Shown piece after piece: positions 34,297 to 42,610 of a stretch of DNA of 64,000 nucleotides (position 1 is its first letter; the number at the start of each line of letters is the position of its first letter). The DNA is taken from contig CANRLF010000002.1 in the NCBI GenBank assembly GCA_947631395.1, forward strand, positions 5,179 to 69,178, in the 5' to 3' direction. Source of the stretch: an uncultured Oscillospiraceae bacterium (GTDB taxonomy: Bacteria > Bacillota > Clostridia > Oscillospirales > Oscillospiraceae). The notes beneath the pieces are model-generated. The model was not told where the DNA came from. It saw nothing but the letters and a program-made list of their open reading frames with translations, and ran no database searches. The translations under genes were made by a program, and so were the position numbers.

Positions 34297-35409
34297 ATGC
34301 CTAATACATTAGAGTCGGGTCCCGACAATGTTGTTGAGATAAAGGTCGTCGGTATAGGCGGCGCGGGCAATAACGTGGTCAACCGCATGGCCAAGGCCGG
34401 TTCCGCCGGCGTTGAGCTCATTGCCCTCAACACCGATAAGCCGGCGCTGTCAAATTCCGCCGCGGACACAAAGGTCCAGATCGGCGAGAAGCTGACCCAC
34501 GGACAGGGCGCGGGCTCAAACCCCGAGGTCGGCAAGAAGGCCGCCGAGGAGAGCCGGAACAATATCTCCAAGGCCCTGGAGAACGCCGACATGGTGTTCA
34601 TCGCCGCCGGAATGGGCGGCGGCACCGGTACCGGCGCGGCCCCGGTGGTCGCGGATATTGCCCACGAGATGGGCATACTCACCGTTGGCGTCGTCACGAA
34701 GCCATTTAGCTTTGAGGGCAAGCGCAGGATGGACCAGGCCAACTCCGGTGTTGCAAATCTTCTCGGCAAGGTGGACGCCCTTCTTATAATCCCCAACGAC
34801 CGGTTAAAGCACGCCACCGACCAGAAGCTCACCTTCGCCAACGCCTTCGAGATAGCGGACAGCGTCCTTCAGCAGGCGGTGTCCAGCATATCCGAGCTTA
34901 TTAAAAATACCGGCTTTATAAACCTCGACTTTGCCGACGTCACCGCCGTTATGAAGGACGCGGGCTATGCCCACATGGGCGTGGGCAAGGCCGCCGGCAA
35001 GGGCAAGGCAGAGGACGCCGCCAGGGCGGCTATCTCCTCGCCGCTCATGGAGACATCCATCAACGGCGCCAGGGGCGTACTGATCAACATCACCGGCTCC
35101 ATGGACATGGGCCTGGACGACATCGAGGCCGCCGCCACATTGGTGCAGGAGGCCGCGCATCCCGACGCCAACATCATCTTCGGCGCCGCCTTCGATGAGA
35201 CCATGGACGACGAGATCCGCGTCACCGTCATCGCCACGCGCTTCGATGAGAAGCCCACAATGAAGCCCGCATCCATGAAGGGCGGCCTTTATACCGAGGC
35301 CCGCGAAAAGACCGAGAGCGAGGAGCCCAAGGCGGAAGAGCCCCCCAAGGAGGCGCCCCCCGAGGAGGATCCCTTCGATACCATCTTCAAGATATTCAAT
35401 AACAAGTAA
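34297..35409 (+). CDS. ftsZ: Cell-division GTPase FtsZ
   Basis: Tubulin signature [20 protein letters not shown], and a C-terminal conserved peptide [10 protein letters not shown]. Confidence 0.97.
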   Translation: MPNTLESGPDNVVEIKVVGIGGAGNNVVNRMAKAGSAGVELIALNTDKPALSNSAADTKVQIGEKLTHGQGAGSNPEVGKKAAEESRNNISKALENADMVFIAAGMGGGTGTGAAPVVADIAHEMGILTVGVVTKPFSFEGKRRMDQANSGVANLLGKVDALLIIPNDRLKHATDQKLTFANAFEIADSVLQQAVSSISELIKNTGFINLDFADVTAVMKDAGYAHMGVGKAAGKGKAEDAARAAISSPLMETSINGARGVLINITGSMDMGLDDIEAAATLVQEAAHPDANIIFGAAFDETMDDEIRVTVIATRFDEKPTMKPASMKGGLYTEAREKTESEEPKAEEPPKEAPPEEDPFDTIFKIFNNK

Positions 35410-35468
35410 TGATATGACAAAATATCATGCAGCCCCAGATTTTTAAAAGCACATAAAAAAACAAATAT

Positions 35469-35506
35469 AAAAAATGACACGAATTTTGAAATTCGTGTCA
35501 TTTTTT
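35469..35506. terminator. Bidirectional rho-independent terminator between convergent ftsZ and the SLH gene
   Basis: AAAAAATGACACGAATT / AATTCGTGTCATTTTTT, a perfect 17-bp stem flanked by an A-run and a T-run. Confidence 0.85.
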
Positions 35507-35547
35507 GCTGTTTTAAAGCTTCCGAATCCTATGAAGGGCTCCGGGTA

Positions 35548-37926
35548 TCACTCCGCCACGATGATACGGACTTTTCCGCCGGTGGAGGGGGTGCGGTCGT
35601 AGTAGGCGGTGTAGGAGGAGAAGCAGATGAGGAACAGCTGGGGGTCGTCGTACCAGGTTCCGGTGTGTGGGTCGTAGCACTGCACATTATCGGCGATGGG
35701 TATCACCGTCTTATCCGTAACAAGAAGCCTGTGGGTCATGCTGAAGCCCTCTGTCTTCAGGTCTCTTATGGGGTTCAGGCTGACAAACCCGGCGGCCGTT
35801 GTGTAGGAGTCAAACTCCGGGTCCGCTGTTTCCCAGGGCGACGCCACGCCGCCGCCGTAGCCGCTGAAGGGCCAGCCGACGGACAGCTCCAGGCTGCTGT
35901 CGCCATTGGTGATGGTGGCAATGTTGCCCACGATCTCCACGGGCTTGCGGTCCTCACCGGAACCTTCGGGATCGTTGCTGTCTATTTTATCGCCGTTCTC
36001 ATCTATTTTATCGCCGTCCTCGTCCCGCAGATAACCTATGACCTCGCGCCTGGTGGACATGAGACCGTAGGTGTACATGTCGCCGGTCACGTCGTTGAAC
36101 ACCAGCAGGTCCACCTCGTTTGAGGCGTTGAGGTGCGCGTAGCTGACCTTATAGGAGGGGACGGAGGAGAGGGCGATGTCCCCAAGGGCGATGCGGGAGA
36201 GGTAGCCGCCGTAGCCGGCCTGCTCGTAAACGGCGATGTTATCGGCGAAGGGCCTGGCACCCATTTTGCGCCCGACAAGGTCTACATCGCCGGTCGACGC
36301 GGCCGTGGCATAGGACAGGTAAAGGTACGTTTGCTTGCCATAGGAGCTCTCGGACACGCGAACAGGGCCGCGCATGTAGTTTCTGGCGTCCACGCCCTCA
36401 GGCATGTTGCCGGTCACGCTCCCGAGCCCCTCGGGAGCGTTGATAAATTCTACCGTCGCGTCGGAGCCGTCGGAGCTTGAGGTGACGACTCCGATGGCGT
36501 TGGAGCTTATGCCGTAGTCCCTGGTGAGACGCGCGATACTGCCGTCCGGCGCGAACATGGCCACCACGGTGGAGCCGGGGGAAACAGTACCGATAGTGGC
36601 GAGGGCGCAGTCGGCGACGTTGAAGCTCTGGCCCAAAAGCTCCACCGTGGAGGGGAGATTGGGGCTGGGAGAGGCGGAGGCGTACACCGCCTGGACGCGG
36701 AAATCGGTGACGTAGAGAACGTTCTTGTCCTGATCGTAAAGGCCCACGTCGTTTTTCGCGATGGTCGAGGCCGGGACGGAGCAACCGTTCTTCACCACCT
36801 GACAGCCGGTGCTGGGAATGAGGCTTCCGAAGCCGTAGATGCCGGAATCATCGGCGATCATGGTGATGCCGTGGAGCTGAGACATCTCCTCCACGAAGAT
36901 GTAGTCCACATAGCCATCGGCGGTGTAATAGACAGTGAGCCTGAGCCCGGGCCTGTTAAGGCCCTTAAAGCACTCGCCGTAGGCGGCCTCCACGCCGTTA
37001 CGCATGACCGTAGTCCGTGGTGAGACGGAGATCTTTGCGCCGTCGGAGCCCACCAGCTCCGTGGCCGTGGCGCGCTCGACAGTGACGGCCCTGCCGGAGG
37101 AGCCGGAGTCAGGCAGGAAGGTTACGAGCCGGCCGGACTCGTTTATGACCGCCATACCGATGCGGCCCACGAGGAAGGACGCCGGGGCATTGACCGCCGG
37201 CCTTACGGTATCCTCGGAGGTGGACAGACGTACGCCAGAGGCGGAGGTGGACAGGAGCACCGCGCGCTCAGTCACCTTGCCCAGAGTGGAGGCGAATATG
37301 TCCTCGGAATCCTTGGGCTTTGTCAGAAGAAGATTGCGGAACATGAGCGCGGCCTCGCCCCTGGTTATGGTGGCGGAGGCTGTGTGGGAGCTTATATCAC
37401 GGTCGAGCCTCAGCGCGGCGGCCTGACCCATGGCGCCGTAGGGCCAGTTGTTGTTAGACTCGGCCCCGTAGCCCAGTACACGCAGGAGGATGGTCACCGT
37501 CTCGGCGTAGCTGATGGCCCGGGAGGGGGCAAAGGTGCCGTCGCCCACGCCAAGGATGAGGCGGGAGCCGCCAATCTCGGTGGACACCGCAAGGTTTATG
37601 TAGCCACGGGCCCAGTGGCCGGAGGACACGTCGGGGAATACAGTCCTGGCCTCGTGGGCCGGGACCTCGGCGCCCTTACCCATGGTGAGTATGATCATTT
37701 TACAAAATTCAGCCCTTGTCAGCGTGCCCTGGGGATCGAACAAGCCGTTGCCGATACCGTCAAGGACACCCATCGTCCGCAGAGCCTCCACGGCCTGGCC
37801 GACGTCGGCGTCCCAGATGTCGGTGAAGGTGGATACATCCCCCGAGGCTGTGGCCCAGGACCCGAGGAGCCCGGCCATGACACAAAGGACCAGCAAAACC
37901 GAGATCGATTTTTTTAACTGTCTCAT
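35548..37926 (-). CDS. Secreted SLH-domain cell-wall-anchored protein (792 aa), last gene of the MFP-MacB operon
   Basis: Signal peptide (MRQLKKSISVLLVLCVMAGLLGSWATA). N-terminal SLH repeats (FTDIWDADVGQAVEALRTMGVLDGIGNGLFDPQGTLTRAEF.., FPDVSSGHWARGYINLAV..GDGTFAPSRAISYAETV..), then about 590 aa with no motif I recognise. GGAGGAG RBS; only 19 nt after the permease stop. Confidence 0.8.
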   Translation of the reverse strand: MRQLKKSISVLLVLCVMAGLLGSWATASGDVSTFTDIWDADVGQAVEALRTMGVLDGIGNGLFDPQGTLTRAEFCKMIILTMGKGAEVPAHEARTVFPDVSSGHWARGYINLAVSTEIGGSRLILGVGDGTFAPSRAISYAETVTILLRVLGYGAESNNNWPYGAMGQAAALRLDRDISSHTASATITRGEAALMFRNLLLTKPKDSEDIFASTLGKVTERAVLLSTSASGVRLSTSEDTVRPAVNAPASFLVGRIGMAVINESGRLVTFLPDSGSSGRAVTVERATATELVGSDGAKISVSPRTTVMRNGVEAAYGECFKGLNRPGLRLTVYYTADGYVDYIFVEEMSQLHGITMIADDSGIYGFGSLIPSTGCQVVKNGCSVPASTIAKNDVGLYDQDKNVLYVTDFRVQAVYASASPSPNLPSTVELLGQSFNVADCALATIGTVSPGSTVVAMFAPDGSIARLTRDYGISSNAIGVVTSSSDGSDATVEFINAPEGLGSVTGNMPEGVDARNYMRGPVRVSESSYGKQTYLYLSYATAASTGDVDLVGRKMGARPFADNIAVYEQAGYGGYLSRIALGDIALSSVPSYKVSYAHLNASNEVDLLVFNDVTGDMYTYGLMSTRREVIGYLRDEDGDKIDENGDKIDSNDPEGSGEDRKPVEIVGNIATITNGDSSLELSVGWPFSGYGGGVASPWETADPEFDSYTTAAGFVSLNPIRDLKTEGFSMTHRLLVTDKTVIPIADNVQCYDPHTGTWYDDPQLFLICFSSYTAYYDRTPSTGGKVRIIVAE

Positions 37927-37945
37927 AAAATTCTCCTCCGTAAGA

Positions 37946-39193
37946 TCAGTCGGCTCTAAGCGCGTCCACCGGCTGGAGCCGGGACGCCTTGGCCGCGGGG
38001 TACATGCCGAAAATGATGCCCAGGGCCACGGATATGGCGAACGCTCCCGCCGTTATCCCGGCGCCGGGTATGAGCACGAGGCCGAAGGCCAGCTTGCCCA
38101 CAATGAGCGTCCCCAGATAGCCCACGCCAATGCCGATGACGCCGCCGATGCCGCAGATCATGGCTGCCTCAATGAGGAACTGGGCGATGATGCTCCGCCT
38201 CTCGGCGCCGATGGCCTTGCGTATGCCTATCTCGCGGGTCCGCTCGGTGACGGTGACAAGCATGATATTCATAATGCCCACGCCGCCCACCAGGAGAGAG
38301 ATGGCGGCGATCCCGCCCAGAAACATCTGCTGGAGGCGGTTGGCCTCATTCTCCTCCTCCTGCCAGACACCCTCGTTCGTCACATCACACCAGCCGTAAT
38401 TAGGGTCGATGATGCCGGAGAGGAAGGCCTTGATGAGAGACGCGGCCCTCTTGGCCGAGGAGGAGTCAACGGCCTTGACGATATACCTGTCAACGGGCTG
38501 GTTGTTGTTCAGCGTGCGGGTCAGGGTGTAGGGCATGACAACGATCCTGTCCATGCGGGTCATCTCCACCTCCTGCCAGTTTTCACCGTCCTCGTCATAC
38601 TGGGTGGTGCCGTTGCCCTTGGCCTTGTATACGCCGATGACGGTGAAGGGCTGGCCGCTGATGGACACGGTCTTGCCGATGGGATCGATCATACCGAAGA
38701 GAGTGCTGGCAGTGGCGGCCCCCAGGACGCAGACCTGATTGTATTCCCGGACGTCCATACTGCTCAGTTCCCGGCCCTTCGCGATGGTGTAGTTGTTGCA
38801 AAGGCCGAATTGCTCGTTGCCGAAATAGAAGGAGGGCATGGTCTCGTAATCGCTCTGGTCCATGGTCTGGAAGCCGTACTTTATGTTGATCTGGCCCATG
38901 GCCTCGCCCATGGGCGTAAATCCGGCCACGCAGTCGGAAAGCCTCCGGCAGTAATTGGCGAGCTCCTCCGAGACGTCCAGTCCACCCTCAAAGGTGGAGG
39001 CGTAGACCGTCAGCTTGTTCTCGCCCAGGCTCTCGTAATACTTTTGCATGGCCATATTCTGGCCCTGGGCGTAGCTTACCAGGATAATGACGGCGGCGAG
39101 GCCAATTATGACGCCAAGCATCGTCAGGGCCGAGCGGCCCTTGTTGGCGGAGATGGACTTTGCGGCCATCTTAAGCGCCTGTGTTATCTTCAT
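37946..39193 (-). CDS. MacB/FtsX-type ABC transporter permease (YknZ-like)
   Basis: N-terminal TM, MacB-type periplasmic domain, C-terminal FtsX bundle (VTERTREIGIRKAIGAERRSI). 4-nt overlap with the ATPase gene. Confidence 0.9.
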   Translation of the reverse strand: MKITQALKMAAKSISANKGRSALTMLGVIIGLAAVIILVSYAQGQNMAMQKYYESLGENKLTVYASTFEGGLDVSEELANYCRRLSDCVAGFTPMGEAMGQINIKYGFQTMDQSDYETMPSFYFGNEQFGLCNNYTIAKGRELSSMDVREYNQVCVLGAATASTLFGMIDPIGKTVSISGQPFTVIGVYKAKGNGTTQYDEDGENWQEVEMTRMDRIVVMPYTLTRTLNNNQPVDRYIVKAVDSSSAKRAASLIKAFLSGIIDPNYGWCDVTNEGVWQEEENEANRLQQMFLGGIAAISLLVGGVGIMNIMLVTVTERTREIGIRKAIGAERRSIIAQFLIEAAMICGIGGVIGIGVGYLGTLIVGKLAFGLVLIPGAGITAGAFAISVALGIIFGMYPAAKASRLQPVDALRAD

Positions 39194-39909
39194 GCCGTCG
39201 CGCCTCCCTCATTTGCCGGAGCCGGGTCGTTTTTTGAATCCGCCACGATGCGTCCGTCGGAGATGCGCACGATCCTGTGGGCGGTGGCGGCTATGGAGCT
39301 GTCGTGAGTGATGAGGATCACCGTCGCGCCCTCGCTCTCGTGGAGGGTGTGGAGGATTTCCAGCACATGGAGCCCCGTTTTGGAGTCCAGAGCACCCGTG
39401 GGCTCATCAGCCATGATTATTGGGGGCTTGGCGGCTATGGCACGGGCGATAGCCACCCGTTGCTGTTGGCCGCCGGACATCTGTCCGGGCTTGTGCTTTG
39501 CCCTGTCGGCCATGTTCACACGCCTAAGCGCGTCCATGATCATATCGCCGCGCTTCGTGATGCCCACGCCGCGGTATATGAGCGGCAGCTCCACGTTCTC
39601 GTAGGCGTTGAGGGCGGATATGAGATTGTAGCCCTGGAATATGAAGCCTATCTCCCTATTGCGGATGCGCGCCAGCTCCCGGTCCGAAAGCTCCGTCACG
39701 TCGGTGCCGTCCAGGTGATAGCTCCCGTAGGTGGGCACGTCAAGACAGCCGAGGATGTTCATAAGCGTGGACTTCCCGGAGCCGGACGCCCCGATGATGG
39801 CCACGAACTCCCCCCGGTCTATCCGGAGGCTGACCCCGTCCAGGGCGCGCACCTCGCTCTCCCGGCCCTCGTTATATATCTTGAACACGTTTTCGATCTC
39901 AATGAGCAT
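39190..39909 (-). CDS. MacB-type ABC transporter ATP-binding protein (YknY-like)
   Basis: Walker [10 protein letters not shown], signature [15 protein letters not shown], Walker [13 protein letters not shown]. Confidence 0.95.
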   Translation of the reverse strand: MLIEIENVFKIYNEGRESEVRALDGVSLRIDRGEFVAIIGASGSGKSTLMNILGCLDVPTYGSYHLDGTDVTELSDRELARIRNREIGFIFQGYNLISALNAYENVELPLIYRGVGITKRGDMIMDALRRVNMADRAKHKPGQMSGGQQQRVAIARAIAAKPPIIMADEPTGALDSKTGLHVLEILHTLHESEGATVILITHDSSIAATAHRIVRISDGRIVADSKNDPAPANEGGATA

Positions 39910-39921
39910 ACGGCCACCTCA

Positions 39922-41784
39922 TCAAGCGTAGGCGCCGCTCATCTCGTAGACGCTGAAGACCTCGTCCCCGGCGTTGAGGCCGGAGGTGATCTCTATGCTG
40001 TACCTGTCCGAAAGGCCCGTCTCCACCGGCACGGGGTAGAAGCCCTCGCTCCCGGAGGGGTAGGACGGCGTGCCGTAGTAATCATCTTCCGGAGGGGTGA
40101 AGTCCACGGCGTTCTCCGGCCGGGTCTCGGATTTCAGGAACACCACGGTCCGGGGCTCGCCCTGGTCGTCCACGATGGACTTGACGCACTGGATTGGCAG
40201 TGTCACGCAGTCGACGGCTTCGCTTGTGACGAAGGAGTAGGTGAGCCACATGCCCTGAAGTAACGTGCCGTCGTAGTTTTCAACGGACACTGTCACGGGG
40301 TACCTGGTCATGCCCATGGAGCCGTCGCCGGAGGCTGACATGTCGATATTGGTGACGGTGCCGATGTACATGGCGCCGTTCCAATCGGTCAGCTCCACGG
40401 TCATTCCCGGCGTCACAAAGGGGATGTTCCTGTCGTCAACGGTGATTTCCACCAGCATATTCGTGGTGTCGATGATGGTGATGACGGTGGCGCCGCCCTG
40501 CACCTCCTGGCCCGGCGCGATGGTGCAGGAGGTCACCGTGCCGGAGATGGGGGCCGCCACGTCGAAGCCGCCCAGCGCCTCCTGGGCCGTCACGAGGGCC
40601 GCCTCCAGCTCCTCAAGCTTCGCCTCGCCGTCCGCGACGGACTTCTCCGCGGCCTCCACGCCCTCGCGGGCTGACTTCACCCCGTTAGAGAGGGACTCTA
40701 TCTGCTTATTGAGCTCCTTGGCCGACTGGACGAGGAGCGTCTCTCCGGCGGCCACCGTGGCGTAGTTTCTCAGATTTCCCACTGTCGTGACCTGGCCGGA
40801 CTGCTTGGCGACTATGGTCGCGGTGTTGTTATATTTGAGCTTACCGCTGCCGTAGGGGTATATGTCCGCGCCGGCGGCGGTGCGCATGGTGGCCGAGGCC
40901 TCCATATCCTCGGTCAGGGTGTGGGGATTTACGAAGGACAGGGTGACCTCAAAGAATTTGCCGCCCTCAGGGGATATGAAGTCCACCTTATGTATCTCCT
41001 CCACAACGCCCTGAGTCAGGTACATCAGGACCGGGACGGAGACCTCCGCCGGCTGGCCCACATACACGTCGTTTTCGTAGGCGTAGCTGAAATAGAGCGT
41101 CAGCCTCATGCGGCTGTCGTCCACAAGCGTTGCGAGGGTGGAGCCCCCGGCGAGCTCAGCGCCAGCGGTGACCTCGGTGACATCGGTGAGCTTACCGGCG
41201 AAGGGGGCCTTCACCGTGAGCTCCGACCGGAGGGCCGTCGCCTCGCCGAGGGCCTTCTGGGCGTCCTTAAGCACGTCATTGGCGGAGGTTACGGACTTTT
41301 TCAGGCTCTCTATGACAGCCTTCTGGTCCTCAACGGCCCTCTCCGCCGCGGCGGCCTGCTCCTCCGCGTCCGGGCTCTTGGCCGTGTACAGGGGCTGGTC
41401 CTGGTACACCGTGTCGCCCACGTTCACCAGCACGTCACCTATTATGCAGTTGGCCTGCGTGGTCAGCGCCGCGCTGGCCCCGGCCATGGCGTTGCCCTCG
41501 CCCTCCACACGGCTCTGGATAGAGCCAAGCTGGGCGATCTCGGTTATCGCCGCGCCGGAATCCTTTTTGTCACGAAAAAGGAAGAACCACACCGAGAAGG
41601 CGACGGCGCACACTACCGCCACGATCACGGCCGCCGTGACGATCCCGCGTGTCCGCTTGGACAGCCCCGGCTTTTTCGGGGCCTTGCCGTGCCGGGGCCC
41701 CACCGGCTTATTCCCTTGCGCCCCGGCCGGAGCCGCGGCCTCACCCGGAGTCCGGGACGCGATCTCATTTTCAGCAGTTATCAT
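39922..41784 (-). CDS. Membrane-fusion/periplasmic-adaptor family protein (HlyD/YknX-like), 620 aa
   Basis: N-terminal TM anchor (IVTAAVIVAVVCAVAFSVWFFLF), lipoyl-like hairpin segments flanking two long coiled coils, C-terminal beta-barrel region. AGGAGG lies 7 nt before the ATG at 41784; an in-frame TTG at 41787 is also possible. Confidence 0.75.
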   Translation of the reverse strand: MITAENEIASRTPGEAAAPAGAQGNKPVGPRHGKAPKKPGLSKRTRGIVTAAVIVAVVCAVAFSVWFFLFRDKKDSGAAITEIAQLGSIQSRVEGEGNAMAGASAALTTQANCIIGDVLVNVGDTVYQDQPLYTAKSPDAEEQAAAAERAVEDQKAVIESLKKSVTSANDVLKDAQKALGEATALRSELTVKAPFAGKLTDVTEVTAGAELAGGSTLATLVDDSRMRLTLYFSYAYENDVYVGQPAEVSVPVLMYLTQGVVEEIHKVDFISPEGGKFFEVTLSFVNPHTLTEDMEASATMRTAAGADIYPYGSGKLKYNNTATIVAKQSGQVTTVGNLRNYATVAAGETLLVQSAKELNKQIESLSNGVKSAREGVEAAEKSVADGEAKLEELEAALVTAQEALGGFDVAAPISGTVTSCTIAPGQEVQGGATVITIIDTTNMLVEITVDDRNIPFVTPGMTVELTDWNGAMYIGTVTNIDMSASGDGSMGMTRYPVTVSVENYDGTLLQGMWLTYSFVTSEAVDCVTLPIQCVKSIVDDQGEPRTVVFLKSETRPENAVDFTPPEDDYYGTPSYPSGSEGFYPVPVETGLSDRYSIEITSGLNAGDEVFSVYEMSGAYA

Positions 41785-41833
41785 CAATTGACCTCCTTTG
41801 CGCTCTCACGGGTCGTATATACATCACGAGGAT

Positions 41834-41862
41834 ACTATATCCCACCTTCTGGCAAGTTTCAA
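41834..41862 (-). promoter_or_regulatory. Candidate promoter of the MFP-MacB-SLH operon
   Basis: Minus strand TTGAAA (41862-41857), 17-nt spacer, TATAGT (41839-41834). Confidence 0.45.
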
Positions 41863-42138
41863 GGTCAATGGGGAAACTGTAAAAAATTTTAAATATTTGA
41901 TGCTGTTTTGTTACACCTCCCGCACAAAAGCCGCCTTTATCACGCACGAATGATGCTCTGTCAGGCAAAATTTAAATCGGCGATCAAGTCAAACGATGAT
42001 GATCTGATAACAGATTTAATAGGGCGGCATACTTTTATATAAAATAAATCGAAAATTTACACTTTATTAAAACTCCCGGGACAAAAGATGACTACAATAT
42101 ATGTATCTAAGATGTATCAAAAGAGAGGAGGGCGGAAT

Positions 42139-42543
42139 ATGATAAGGCGGTTTTTGTATAATTTCTTTCAAGGCCGGAACGGTATGGACGCCCTCGCCAA
42201 GGTGTGCTGGGCGCTGACATTCATCTTTATTCTCCTCTCGCTTATCCCGGGCGTTACGGGGATCATATTTTACTTCCTGACGATGGCGTCCATGGTGTAC
42301 ACCATGTTTCGCATACTCTCCCGTAACGTATACAAGCGGGCGGAGGAGAACAGGAGGTTCCTTGAAAGGGTCAGGCCCATACGCCAGTTTTTTGCTGACA
42401 GCAGGGTCCGTTTTTCCCAGCGCAAGGAATATAAATTTTTTAAATGTCCCACCTGCCACACCTACCTGCGTGTGCCGAGAGGGAAGGGGAAGCTCCAGAT
42501 AACCTGCCGCAAGTGCGGCAACAGATTTTCGGGTAAGACCTGA
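42139..42543 (+). CDS. Small membrane protein with C-terminal zinc ribbon
   Basis: Two hydrophobic helices (VCWALTFIFILLSLIPGV, IIFYFLTMASMVYTMF) and CPTC..17..CRKC. GAGGAGGG RBS precedes the ATG at 42139; the track ORF starts further upstream at 42088. Confidence 0.55.
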   Translation: MIRRFLYNFFQGRNGMDALAKVCWALTFIFILLSLIPGVTGIIFYFLTMASMVYTMFRILSRNVYKRAEENRRFLERVRPIRQFFADSRVRFSQRKEYKFFKCPTCHTYLRVPRGKGKLQITCRKCGNRFSGKT

Positions 42544-42564
42544 AAAAGCTTTTTTTGAATGACG

Positions 42565-42594
42565 AAAGCCGCCGCGATTTTTCGCGGCGGCTTT
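42565..42594. terminator. Bidirectional terminator between the zinc-ribbon gene and potCD
   Basis: AAAGCCGCCGCGA (42565-42577) / TCGCGGCGGCTTT (42582-42594). Confidence 0.8.
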
Positions 42595-42610
42595 GCTGTG
42601 CTTGTAAGCC

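Noticed and set aside
37682-39307. 541-aa plus-strand ORF overlapping the SLH gene start and the MacB permease and ATPase genes
   Set aside because: It is antisense to three confidently called genes and spans their boundaries. Its translation is G/A/H/D/L-rich with no motifs.
41949-42044. 31-codon ORF (MMLCQAKFKSAIKSNDDDLITDLIGRHTFI) in the AT-rich spacer upstream of the zinc-ribbon gene
   Set aside because: It has no RBS and no promoter or terminator grammar, and sits in an AT-rich divergent promoter region where short ORFs arise by chance.
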